From Lama glama (Eukaryota): a DNA stretch of 64,000 nt. Both the position numbers and the translations under genes were made by a program. A model generated the notes under the pieces. The model saw nothing but the letters and a program-made list of their open reading frames with translations. It was not told the DNA's origin and made no database searches. Location: NCBI GenBank assembly GCA_028534125.1, contig CM052818.1, forward strand, positions 11,782,001 through 11,846,000, given 5' to 3'. Positions 51,381 through 64,000 of this stretch are shown in pieces; position 1 is the first letter of the stretch; every line of letters starts with the position of its first letter.

Positions 51381-52889
51381 CTATATGTTATCTCATGTAG
51401 AACATTAGCTATCAGAACTCTTCGAGACCTTAGATGGAGGTAAATTCCTCCAAAGAGTATCTGCAGTTGCTTCTGCCCCATCTTTGGGGACAGACCAGCT
51501 CAGCACCACCTGAAATTATAGTTTTATACATTTGAGGATTTCTGGAGAACCTAGCCAATGTAAATTGCCCTATAAGTCCCAGGAGTAGGCATTTGTTCAA
51601 CAATTTTCAAGGAAGAATTTTTTTCCTACTTTCATTAAACACCATGGTTTAAGGCAGGCAATTTTCCTTATATTTTGGGTGGGGTGAGGAGTTGGGGATT
51701 CAGGGAAGGAAGACTCTGGTTTGTTTATAAGTTACCCTTTCCCTCTTACATAGGAATACTTCTGGGATCCTGACTTCACTTATTTTTTCGTTTGCCTTGT
51801 AGTTATCTTACCAGTGCACTTAAGAGGTGGGAAAAAAATTATTCAACATTTTAGTTGTTTTTAGCAGAGAATAAGTTAGGATATTTTGTCTACAATATTG
51901 ATGGAAATGTAAATCTAAATCCCCTTATTTAGATGTGAGCATCCTCAGGTCAAAAGAAGGCAAGTGACCTGACTCAAGTCACATCGTTCTGATTGCCCAG
52001 AATAAAAAAAAAAAAAAGAATTACCGTTCAATTTACAGTTGAACAGCAAATTCTTTTTAAAGAATGTTCTTTAAAACCAAAAAATAAAAGTTTGTAAGAA
52101 TATTATTTTTAAGGAATTTAAGATTCAGAAGATAATAATTACTGGGATAGAAGCAAATATCCATCAATATTCCAAAGAGTAGGTTACCTATTAAACAGAT
52201 AGTCTAATAAGTGCATTTCAAGGCACAGAGGACTGTCATTTGATTAAAGATTTTAATCTGATACACTGTCATTTCCACCTCAAACCGTGCACCTCAGACA
52301 AATGTCTTTGTTTCATTTAAAATTTTCCCAACTGCCCTACTTCCTAAACACCAAGGGAATCACCAGCTGCTATCCTGGTATTTAAGCCCAAATCACTGGC
52401 ATTATCTTTACTTTCAGATCTTTCTTCTTCCACATATACTCATTTATCAACTTTAGCAGCTTCCTTTGCTCTGTCAGTCCCTTGTTGAGGTCTGGCTACT
52501 TCCTGATTAGAATATTGTCAGTTTCATTCTAGCTTTCTAGTCTTCCACATCTACCCATAAAGCTTCCAACCTCATAGAAAACACATGTACAGATACATAC
52601 ACTACACAGACAATTAGCCTCTGTATTTTGTTTGGGCATCTTTTTATATAAATAGAGAAAGACTGCTTAGTGGTTCCTTTGGAGAAGAGGGTTCTAAAAC
52701 TGGAAAGACAGTAACAGAGTCTTTTCCTTTATATGTAATGTTTTGTTTCAACTTTTTAACAAAGAAGTTTACCTTGTACTACTTAGGTAATCCAAATTAC
52801 AGTATTAAAAAATGCTTATTTTTACTGTCAAAGTAATGTTTCTTGTAATGTTTATTTCAGTCTTTTGTAGTGATTTTCTTTTACCCCTC

Positions 52890-53390
52890 CATATAGTGGA
52901 AAAAATGAAATAATATATAACCCAAATGCCTATTGATAGGATAAATAAATTGAGGGTAGAGCCATGGAATCCACATCAGTGAAAGTGAATGAACCCTAAC
53001 CACACACACACAGAACATGGATTCATTTCACAAACATAAGGTTGAGTGAAAAATGAAAATTGTGGAATATATGTAACTTGATTTCACCCATAGGAAGTAT
53101 AAAAACAAGCAAAACTAAATACACTGTTTTAAGATATGTCTGTATGAGGCCAAGCTATGAAGAAAAGCAAGTGAAGGAGAAACACAAAATTCTGATCTGT
53201 ACCTACATCTGGGCAGGGTGGAAACCGGGACGAGGAATCCAGAAAGGAAAAGAGGGGACTTCACAGCTATTGACACTGTTCTATGTCTTAAACTAAGTGG
53301 TGGGAACATGGATGTTCATTTTATCATTTTTCTTTAAAATGTATTTATTCATACTATAAAACATTTCATAATAAAAGATGAAAAAAAAGA
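52890..53390 (+). mobile_element. L1ME-like 3' end
   Basis: acccaaatgcctattgatagg..acatggattcatttcacaaacataaggttgagtgaaa..aaaactaaatacactgtt. Confidence 0.75.
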
Positions 53391-54237
53391 AAGAACTTAT
53401 CCAATAAATATTTTCTTATAAACTAAAAATATTTTTCAAAAGCATGGCATTCTGCCTAGCACAGACTAAATGAAACACGTGCATTAGGATTTACTGCTGT
53501 TGCTATTACCCCTTCTTAAGTCTTCATCTTTGCCTCTGATTCATCTTCTCTCCTGTGACTGGGTTCTCCTTCACTCCTGCTACCACTTGGTATTATAATT
53601 CTTACACTCTTCTGATGGGAACCCATAATCTCTCAGGACCAGAAATCCTGAGACAAAAGGAATTTGGATCAGGGAAAGATTTCACCAAGTATGTTCCTTT
53701 GGGAAAAGACAGGGCTACATATGAGGCTGTAAGTTTGGCATCTCAAAGTAATTGGCTTTTAACTGCAATAAACTGACGGTAGGATGCAAAACGAGCTTGA
53801 TGGAAATTGTTTAGTAAAAGCATGGGATGGCAAGTAAAGAAAAAGAAGAACAGAGCCAAATAAGATTGCAGATTGTATGTAACTGTTTGTATTTAAATAA
53901 ATTCATATTATGTTAATAAAACAGTTTATAGAAACCTATGCATCCTATAATTGGGATTTCTCTGAATGTGACAAAGATAGTAAGAAAGTAATTTGGTGCA
54001 ATAAACTAACATAAGGCGAAATTTGTATCCTCGAAAATCTTTGTTGCATTCTAAACAATGGAATTTCCTTAACAGTAGACGCAGATTTTTATTGAACACA
54101 GAATAAAGAAAACATACCTAGCTCAGGATTCTAATCTACAAAAGTTTACTGCTGCTTCCTTCTTTCAGTCTGGGATGGGAATGTATAGGAGCTCTCAAAG
54201 GTAGGATACCACCACATACTAAAGCCAGGCAACAGGG

Positions 54238-54307
54238 TGTATCAGTCAGAGAAGCAAAACCATTTGGAGATTATATATTTATATATACACATACATATAC
54301 CTATATA

Positions 54308-54345
<38 letters not shown>

Positions 54346-54848
54346 TTTTAAGGGATTTGACATCACACAATTGTGGATGCTGATTGGGTAGTCTCTGTAA
54401 GGCTGTTGCCTTTGCCCCTGAGGCTGGAGTTTTAAATCTGCAGGGAGAGCAGAGTCAAAAAGAGAAGATGTTAAAGTAGAGGATTACAAGAACAAGCTGG
54501 AACCCACAAGCACCAGCTGGCTATTCTTGTTGCTCTGATATATAGGAGTGTCTGCAGGAGAAGCTGGCATTCTTCATCACCTGATGCAAGAGGTGGAGAA
54601 GCAGAAGAATTCAGGAGAAGTTGGGGCAGTTGTAAGCGTGTCTCCTACTCCATGCCAATGAGATAAGGCAGTAGATCAGCAAAAACATGTGTGAGTTTTT
54701 ACAACAATGGCTGCCTCTTCACTTCTGCCCTCCAAATCCTGCACAAGAGCTTCTCTTGTAGCCAAGTCTCACTGGAAACGCAGTGGGAAAGGAATTCTGG
54801 GAGATGTAGTTCAGTCTAGCCAAGGTGACACATTACAAAGCTGGCACA
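54238..54848 (-). mobile_element. MLT2 (E/F-like) ERVL LTR with internal (TA)n/(TG)n
   Basis: tgtatcagtcagagaagcaaaacca..ggatttgacatcacacaattgtgg..ggaattctgggagatgtagttcagtctagccaaggtgacacat. Confidence 0.75.
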
Positions 54849-54857
54849 GTACATTAT

Positions 54858-55003
54858 GGTTGACCCTTGAACAGCATGGGGATTAAGGGTGCCCACCCTC
54901 CCAGTGGCTGAAAAATCTGCCTATAACTTTGCAGTCAGCTCTCCTATATGAGGTTCCACATCCATGGATTCAACAGTGTAGTACTGTAGTACGTATGTAT
55001 TTA
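54858..55003 (+). mobile_element. TcMar-Tigger (Tigger2-like) fragment
   Basis: gttgacccttgaaca..aaaatctgcctataactt..ggttccacatccatggattcaac..tgtagtactgtagtac. Confidence 0.75.
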
Positions 55004-55499
55004 TTTAGCATATAAAGAAGATGAGAAGGATAAAAGTGACTCAAGTATATTGAGAAAAGGAGAATAGTTTTGCCAACTATTGACAAATAGTTGAAGAGAC
55101 AGAAGTAAGGAAATTGAAGGGGGCAGCAAGGACAATATGGAATCTGGTGTGGGATGTGGTGAGTTTGAGATAATGGCAGATCACCCACTTAGAAGTTAAA
55201 ATTTAGGACAGGCCCATGTGAGAGATTGGAATTATGAAGATAATGTTTTCATGCAATTTATTCTGCAAATATTTGCCAAATCTCCATGACAATAAACACT
55301 ATAAAAGCATGAAGATAAATATGGAGTAAAGGAAGAAAATCCACATTTATCAGGCATCCTAACACACAATAGACAACCTATTGGAAGGATTGTTTTGTTA
55401 CTCACCATTTTAAGGATACTTTGGATTTTTTCAGAGTGATTAAGTGAACTGCTTCTGCCATATCAAAGTCCGTGTTATTTCAACGACACCTGTTTGCCT

Positions 55500-56560
55500 C
55501 ACTCTGTTCTCAGTGTGCTTGCACTCCAACAATGGAAAAGAATGCATATGCTAAGATAACATCAATATAAAACTGCACGTGTCCAAGTTCTAACAAAGGG
55601 ACGTAAAGCCAGGACCATCAGAATCCAGATGAGAAAGATGAACTCCACTGGCTCAAGGTGTTCAGGGAAGTCTCAGTGGAAGAGGTGGCATTGGAACTTA
55701 ATCTATAAGGATGGAAAATAATTTGAAACAGAGATGGGAAGAAGAATGTCCCAAATTTGAGAAGCAGAAATAACGAATATAAAGGATTAGAAAAGCGAGG
55801 AAGCTTAGAGCTTTGTGACTGGTGCAGTTTGGCTGAAGGTTAGAGTATTCGGGGGAAATGGTTAGAGATGATATTAATTGCAGATAGTCTGGGGCCTTAA
55901 ATACCAACCTAAATCTGTAAGCTATTTAGAAAGCAAAGGGAAGACATCAAAGGCTCTTGAGCAAGGAAATGATGTAATTAGTGGTATGTTTTAGGACAAT
56001 TACTCTACCTGCTGGCCACAACAATTGGTTCAGCATGGCTGCACGGCAGAAAGAGAGGCTCTCTTTCCTCAGGATTTGAAACTCGGAGGGTAAGAGTGAA
56101 GATGCTGGGAGCTACTATTCATTCATTCATTCTTACAGTATTTATTAAGTATTTACTCTGTGACAGGTACATGTTTGGGTTCTGAAGATAATTAGGTAGA
56201 CATAGTCTTTACTTTTGTGGTGCTTGCATGTTAGTTGAAGAGAAAGATAAATACAAAAAATAAATAAAGAATAAGCTAATATCAGATAATAAGTTCCATA
56301 AAGAAACTAGAACTGTAGAAAAATAGAGTGACTGAGAGCTTCTCAGATTACTTTACGTAAGGTGATCAAGGTGTATGACTTGGGAGTGATAATATTTGAG
56401 TTAAATTTTAACTGATGAGAAGAAAGAATAATTATCCTGGGCAAAGGAAAGAGCCTTGGCAACGCTTCCACTTTGAGTCCTTGCCTTGCCTGTTCGAAGC
56501 GTAGGAAGGAGATGAGTGGGACAGGATCAGAGTGAATGATGTCAGAATGTTAGGAGAGGA
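55500..56560 (-). mobile_element. L2 fragments
   Basis: attcattcattc..tatttattaagtatttactctgtgacaggtac at ~56117, with older L2 body at 55500-56010. Confidence 0.7.
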
Positions 56561-56611
56561 GGAATTACCGATTCATGTTTTTGTATTTCGCTTTTAAATA
56601 TTTTATGACAT

Positions 56612-57137
56612 TTGATAGTTAATTTTATGGATCAACATGACTGGGCCAGGGGAGTGCCCAGATACTTGATTAAACATTATTCCGGGTATGCCTACAAGGG
56701 TGTTTCTGTATGATGCGAATGTTTGAATCAGGAGACCGGGTAAGGAGATCGCCCTCCCCAGTGTGGGTGGGCGTCATCCATCTGTTGAAGGCCTGACCAG
56801 AACAAAAAAGGCTGAGTAGAGCAGAATTTGCTCTTTCTGCCTGCCCCTCTTAGAGCTGGGATGGCAGTCTTCTCCTGCCTTTGGACTCAGACTCAGTCTT
56901 GAACCTACACCATTGGCTGTCCTGTTTCTTAGGCCTTCAGTCTTGGACTGCAATCATACTAGCAGCCCTCTGGGGTCTCCAGCTTGTCAAATGCACATCT
57001 TGGGACTTAGCCTCCATTATCGCATGAGCCAATTCCTTATAATCAACATAGATATACGTGTATGTGTATATATATTATATATATACTTACATATATATTG
57101 TATTATTCACTTTCTCTGGACAACTCTGACTAATAGA
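56612..57137 (+). mobile_element. MLT2D-like ERVL LTR
   Basis: gttaattttatggatcaacatgactgggcca..gtgcccagatacttg..gccctccccagtgtgggtgggc..tctggacaactctgactaata. Confidence 0.9.
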
Positions 57138-57865
57138 CACTCATGAATTCCTTTTGTATTTAAAAAAATGTGATCTTTTAAAAATAAAATAGACTTTACG
57201 CTAAAATAAAGAACAGAGAAACATTGAGGAAGTATTGGGCAGATTACTTGGGCAAGTAATTTGATTTCCATCTCCACACGGTCAGAAGACAGCAATGATA
57301 ACTCCCACTTCATGGGCACTATGAAGCTCAAATACAATGTTTTTAGAACCAGGATTGATAGAGTGGTGCCACTTATTGTTGCCAAAGAAGAGCATCAAAT
57401 AACCGAGTCTGGTTGTTTCCTGAGAGGAAGGAGAGCCAGAAAGAGAAGCCAAAAAAGAGTGAAAAGAGAGGAAGCATGAAATTTAGAAAATGAGAGCATC
57501 ACAAAATGTAAAGAAAAGAAAATATCAAGGAGGGAATAGTCAGAGATTTTAAATGCTGCTGAGAAAGACACACCCAGACTCTTATCACATCTAAATTCCA
57601 TTGACTCTATTGGCATTTAATAGTCCTTACTCCAGTGACAGGCACTTATGAACTCACTTTGATGTGTTGACTTGCTCTTGTACAGGTTTTAAATCATATT
57701 CATTTACATAACATCTGTGCCTCATTTTCCTCTACATATGGTCTCCTCAACCAGACTCTTAAGTTTTCAAAGCTAGACTCATATCTTTTTTCCCTAAATA
57801 ATAAACTTTTTTACTTTTTTCTCTCCTACTTCTTTTTGAACACACATAGCACCCACCCCTCCACA

Positions 57866-57893
57866 ACACACACACACACGCACACACACACAA
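57866..57893. repeat. (CA)n microsatellite
   Basis: Direct reading. Confidence 0.9.
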
Positions 57894-58709
57894 ACTTGGT
57901 AGGGACACAGGAGCCATCAACAAGGATTTGACCTACAGATGTTAATAAAGACAGAAGTACAGATGTTTAAAAATTAATTTTGAACATAAACTATCCTTAG
58001 AAAATTTTGTTACAGGTGCTTTACTCAAGAGCATTCAAACTTACACACTTCTATCAAGAGCTCTGTTTTGATAAATTCTAAATTATATACTTGTCACAGG
58101 AAATAATAAAACACTATCTCTTTGGAATTTAATATGAGTTGCTCTTTTAGTCTACCAACAGGATATCTTACAAGTATTACCATAAAGGAAATTTCTAACG
58201 AATAATTTTCATTGTTTTCTTCTATCAACTAATTCAGTAAGTAAAATAAGTTATTTCCAATGATTCTTTCTCTTTTTTTATGCTTTATTCAGTTATTTAT
58301 TCAGTTACTTCAGTAATCTCTATCCAGATGAATAGAAATGAGTGAGTCTCTTTTATTTTGAAATAGATCATTTTTATGGTTGTAGGCATTATCAAAGTTT
58401 TATAAAAGTTTGGCCTTTGGCCCACCATATCTATAATGAGCGTTTTCCTTTTTAAATCCCAAAAGACAACATTTAAACTTTATTTGATGAAGTAAATCAT
58501 CCCCATTACAATGCCTTCCTTGTTTCCTTAAAGAAACCCAGAAATAAACTTTCATAGTGAAAAAAAATCCCAAAGGGTCTTAAAAATACTGTAATACAGA
58601 CATGTGCACAATGAGTAAGTGCTAAGTGATGAAAACAAATTTTCATTGTGCTGTTATATGAAGCGAGTAATTGTGTATCTCAAATTCTTCATCTTGGACT
58701 TAATTTGGA

Positions 58710-60410
58710 GGCCACTTTCAGTTGATGACTCTGCTTCTTCTTTATCTGAGAAAATGGAAGCAATTCACATACATCCACCATTAAAACAACAAACTTACCT
58801 ACGTCTAAATCCATGTTGATATTCTGATCTCCTTGCTATTACTGGAGATGAGCTGTAGTAAGAGTCATAATTCCTGTCTGAGGCCAGCAGTTGTTACCTC
58901 CATCCTGTCCCCTCATATCTACTTGCTTGCATCTGCAGTTGTCTCTTTTGTCTCTCGTATCATCAATTTTTTTCCTCTCTTCTGGCCATCAAGAAAGCAA
59001 CTCTGAATCCAACTCTCATTCCATCTACCTCTCTCATTCTCTGCTGCTATTTTTAGCAAAATTTTACCTTATGAGACTCATCTGTACTCATTGTGTTCAA
59101 TTTTTCTTCCCTTCCCTTGTGAATGAACACAGTCAAGTTTTTCTCCTGCCACTCTTGTCATCAGCTCTGGTCAAGGCACAAATGACCCTCACATTGCCAT
59201 GTCCAATGGTTAATTCCCATTGGTCCATCAGCATCCACAGATGTAGAGAATTGTTCTTTGTAGTCCTTAATCACTTGAGACACAGAAGAGTGGTCCCTTG
59301 ATATTTTCCCTACTTCACAGACCATTCCTCAGTTTCCTTTGCTGGTGCCTCTTTATTTTTCCAGTCTTAAAACACTGGTGTTACTCAGAACCAAGTCACT
59401 GTATTCATTCTCTGATCTCAACCGGTCTCGTGGTTTTTGACATCATCTTACACTGATGACATCCAAATTTGTATTTCCTGTCCAGGCTTCTCCCCTGGGC
59501 TCCAGATTTATAAATTCAGCTGGTTATTCACCTGTCTCCATTTGTGTGTACAACAGCCATCTTAAATTAATCAAAACCTACATTTTGATTACTCTCTCAA
59601 AGCTTCTGCTTCTTTATTCTTGCCTCAGCAAATGGTACCTCTATTCTTGTAGTTGCTCAGACCAAGAAAATTGGAATAATCTTGATAACATATCCTGTCT
59701 ATGAAAAATGTCCAGGACCTAAACACCTCTCATCTTCCTCCACTACCATCGTAGTAGTATAAGCTGCTGTCAACTCTACTTCCCATGATCTGCTATATTT
59801 TCCTTTGGAATACTTATCAACATCTGAGGTTGTGTATTAAACTGTGTTCCCCTCAAAAAGATATTTTGAAGCCCTAACTCCCAGTGCCTTAAAATGTGAC
59901 CTTAATTGGAAATAGGGTTATTGCAGATGCAATTAACTAGGATGAGGGGCTCCAAATCCATTATGACTGGCATCCTTTGTAAAGATGGCCGTGTGAAAGC
60001 ACAGGAAGACACACAAGCAGAAGGCCATGTGAAGGTGGAGGCAGGGATTGGAGTTATATTGCCGCAAGCCAACATAGCCAACCTAGGCTACCAGAAGCTG
60101 GAAGGATCCTCTCCTACAGACTTTAGAGAAAGCATGGCATGGCCAACACCTTGATTTTGAACTCTTAGCTTCTACAACTGTGAGAGAAGAAATGTCTTGT
60201 TTTAAGCCACTCGATTTGTGGTACTTTATTATGGTAGCCCTGGGAAACTGATACACCTGGCATATTACACATTTCTTTTTTGTATTTATTTATGTCTTGT
60301 TCATTGTCTGTCTACCTCTACTAAAATGTGAGCTCCCCAATGACTAGGATTTTGTCCGTTTTTTTCATTGCCGTATTGCCTCACCTAAAAGAGTGAGTGG
60401 TTTATTGCAA
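58710..60410 (+). mobile_element. L2 element interrupted by MLT1C
   Basis: ctgagaaaatggaagcaatt..ctgatgacatccaaatttgtatttcc..cttatcaacatctga, then the LTR, then catattac..ctaaaatgtgagctcc. Confidence 0.85.
59828..60255 (+). mobile_element. MLT1C-like MaLR LTR
   Basis: aatgtgaccttaattggaaatagggttattgcagatg..ggcagggattggagt..gtagccctgggaaactgataca. Confidence 0.9.
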
Positions 60411-60744
60411 CTATTAAGACCTCAGAGAACAGGTCTTGGATACCATTCTATTCAGTTAGGGAGAGTGCCTTTTAACTTTGCTGTGTTTTTTTAAAGGCTG
60501 CTAACCCTTGGAAAGAAAACATCATATCCAAAATGACCTAGGTAATAAGAAAAATTTTGACACAAGATCAGGACAGATTTCATTAAGAATATGTGGAACA
60601 CAAAGATAAAAGTCATTAAAGCACATATGTATAATATTTACAAACAAAAAATAAAAAAATACAGTGCTGAGATTGTCATTGTTAAAACTATCTTGCTACT
60701 CTAGCAAAAATAAACCCAAGAAGGATAAAATTTTTTTTAAATGT

Positions 60745-62770
60745 TTATCTAGAAGGAAGAGGTAAGATATGGTAGATGAAACAGAAATGAAAGCAAGGCT
60801 TTTCTGAATATTTTATGTTGTATAATTTTGATTTTGGAAGCAAATGTTTCGTCTGCCCCCCAAAAAATCAATTTAAAAAACAAATCCTGAAGTAATAGAA
60901 AACAAATATAATTATATACCCTAAATGCATACCAACTGATGGAAAAAAGCACAAAAAGAAAATAGCTATTTCAAGTCACTCTATAAAATGAATATGTCCT
61001 TAATGCAGTATATTCTAAGACAGATACAATTGCATAGAAATGTTAATCTTTACTTAGGGGTCTACCAGTGGTAAAATTGGTATTGTTATTTTGAAATTAT
61101 TTATATATATGATAGGATAATGCAAATAAGTAATTATGATACTACTATTAGGAACCAAGATTTTCGGTATTAAAAAAAGAGAGAGAGGAGTATAAAATCA
61201 AAGAAGTTAAGTTAAAATCCTATCATCTTCATTTTTTAATTTCCTTGTATTTACATTTGAATTAGAAGAACAATATGAATTCATTTAACTTAATTGTTGT
61301 TTTTTTTGTAAAAATAAGTTCTTCTTAGTTTTATTCACTGAAGAGGCCTAGAAGCAATGACAAGTCAAGACGAATGAGCATACCTAGAGCCTATTTGTGG
61401 GATTTAAAGTCTAGTCTCCGTCTCCATTAAAGAGGACTAAGATGTCATAGGAAAAATCAGGGCAGGAAGTATACAATATCCCTGGGGTATCTTGATGGAC
61501 TGGAAACCAAAGTCTCAGTCGAATCCCATGAGGTGTCAAATGACCTAATGGTCAGCATGATGGAAATCCAACTGGCCTAAGAGGGAACAGTCTGAGGTCA
61601 AAAAAATAATAATAATTAACACAATTGGTTGAAACCGTTAAATGCTCTCTTGTGAATTCAAAATAATCTTTGAAAAGAGAGTGAGGTGGGGGAAAAGAGA
61701 ACTCCTAGGTCAGAGGGTGGGGACAACATTTCACTGGACACCACTGGAAGTAACTAAGCACCAACACCTTACCTTGAAGACCAGCAACAAAAAGGAGAGA
61801 AGCAAGCGTTTATCCTACCTTTTCTGTATAAAGCACTGCAGACTAATCCAATAGCCCTACAGATGAGGGAAGAAAAATCCTTCTTTATAAGCAAATTCCA
61901 TAAATCTGTAATGGATGATAGAATTGGGGGAAAAAATCACTGTTTTCAAATCCTAATGAAATAAGCAATTCAGGCAAAAACCCATTAATGGATGAACGAT
62001 CAGGTGAATAGTTGTTGAAGGGATCAGGCTGTCAACACTTGAGCCCACTGATCAATCTTAGCAGCACTAAAAGTGGAACTTAAGGCACTATGTACCTCTG
62101 ATATGAAGCACACAGCACCACCTGCAAATTAGCCCTGCTATAAAATGCTGAACTTGAATCTAAACAAGCGTCTAGGGGTAACCTCTATGTTCAGGAAATA
62201 CAAGGGAAAATGAAAAACTAAATGACACCACAAGAAAGCAAATAGACAAATCCAGACTGCAGGAGGTTCTTCAAATCAGTTGACCCAGTTTTTTAAAATA
62301 TGTCAAAGGCAAAGAGGAGGAAAAGGAGGGAGCAGAAGATGGGGGAGGGGAAATGCTTTTGATCATGAGGCTTCAGGGACACATCAAGAAAATGTCATTG
62401 CAGACCTTGTTTGGATCCTGATTCAAACAAAACAATTATAAAGGGACATTTTTGAGATAATTGGGGAAAATTTGATTATAGTACTGGGTATTAGATTATA
62501 TTATGGAGTAATTGTTAATTTTGTTAGGTGTGATAATGACATTATAATTATAGAAGAAATGTCCATATTTATTTAGAAAAATGTACCGAAATGTGTAGCA
62601 GTGAAATGACATGATGTTTGGGATTTATTTTGGAATAATTCAGCAGAGAAAAAGAAGAAGAAAAGAAGCGTATATGGCAAAACCTTGATAATTATTGAAT
62701 TTAAGTGATGGAGATACAGAGTTCATTGTATTGTTACTTGCTCATATGTTTGAAAATTTTCATAATAAAA
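60745..62770 (+). mobile_element. L1MC4/L1MC5-like long 3'UTR
   Basis: gaccttgtttggatcctgattcaaacaaa..gttaattttgttaggtgtgataatg..tgtttgaaaattttcataataaaa. Confidence 0.8.
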
Positions 62771-64000
62771 TAATTTGGGTTTAAGATATTAGGACATGAT
62801 TCTTCAGAGAAATTCCAGTTGGGTGGCAGGGGAGAAGCGAGATTGACTTATGTGTAAGAAGCAAATTGGCAATGAAGCCAGGAGGCAATATGTTTAGATT
62901 CATCTGCACACAGAGCAGTTAAAGAGAAGTAGAAATGGCAGAACAAGTTGTGAGAAGATGGTGTGTGCACATATTGTGCGTGAGTTTGTGTATGTACCTG
63001 TGTGTGTATGTTTCTGTTTGTATGTTTTAGGTTTACAAAGAACCAAGCATCAACTATTTTGACAGGTTAAAAAAAAAAACAACCTAGTAAAAATATACCC
63101 ATTATTTTTTAGCATTTAAAGTTCTTGAGGTATTGGTTTATCCAACAGTCTTATCATTTTCTCTCATGTTCACAGAAATCACATGAGAATAATTGATTTA
63201 GCTTAAAGGTGGTAATGCTTATATTAGACCAAATTCAGGTCAAACACACCTCCTCCAAATCCACTTCTCCTCCTACCCTTCCATGTCTACGCCAGTGCCC
63301 TCTTGGCTCTCTGCCCCCAGCTCACTCCTGCTGTCACCTAATAGGTGCTTTTATCCTGTCATTTACCCACAAACATCTTCAATGACTCCCACTGCCTTTG
63401 GAAGAGTAGGCAAATCCTTGAGCCTTCATTTTTAAAACTCTCCAATGCCTAACGCCAATTTTCTGTTTTTAAAAAATTTTTACTGTATTTAATTTCTTAA
63501 AATCTTCTAGTGAACCCTCTGCTGTAGTCAAGTTATTCTGCTCATGCTTAACCTGACACGCCTTCATAATGTTTCTTTAAAGTTATAAAATATAACATTG
63601 CATACAGATATCTATCTGTTGGTAATACTGTTACCAATCTAATTAGGCATCTTGTCTAAAGAATCAAAGTATTTTGAAGATATGAAATCAGTGGTTCTCA
63701 GCCCATCATCAATAGTGCTCCTGTTGGGAAACTTTGTATTAAAGTGGTACAAATCAACCCAAATATCTAGGTATTTGGAAGGAAAGGGATCTTTTAAGAA
63801 CAATTTCTTGCCAAATTCTTCTACAGAATATTCAGTCCCAGACAGGCTATTCTAGGTCTGCCAAAATGAATTTAAAACTCACCTGCAAGCCCCCTCTGGA
63901 ATTTTGAGTAAGAGAATTATCCGCAGCCATCTTTATGTGTTCAAAGACTGCACAAGGGACTTTCTTTCAGGAAAAATTTACCCAAACCATGAGAATAAGC

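Overview
Mammalian (eutherian) genomic DNA, AT-rich and repeat-dense, with no intact protein-coding gene, RNA gene or CRISPR-like system. There are no Alu, B1/B2, Bov-A/BovB, PRE1 or Can-SINE copies, but there is a young L1 3' end and a Tigger2-like fragment that look cetartiodactyl, possibly camelid (inference from recalled consensus sequences). The one clear functional landmark is a CpG island (~21.5-22.7 kb) holding the first exon of a minus-strand gene that I cannot name: TATA-like box at ~22480, strong-Kozak ATG at 22264 and CCG|GTAAGT donor at 22163/22162. Positions 1-22162 are probably its long first intron. Positions 22.7-64 kb look like upstream intergenic DNA filled with L1, L2, MIR, MaLR/ERVL LTRs and hAT/TcMar DNA-transposon relics. 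Apart from that exon ORF, the listed ORFs are chance ORFs or decayed L1 ORF2 pieces. The most curious structures are an array of ~58-bp self-complementary units (5.85-6.18 kb), a 104-bp copy of nearby L1 sequence with a snap-back hairpin inside an MLT1D LTR (47.33-47.46 kb), a MULE-like element splitting a MIR (10.2-11.4 kb), back-to-back TATA boxes in the promoter, and a co-oriented MER21 solo LTR just upstream of it. I see no convincing evidence of a new biological system. Repeat subfamily names come from recalled consensus sequences and need RepeatMasker/Dfam confirmation.
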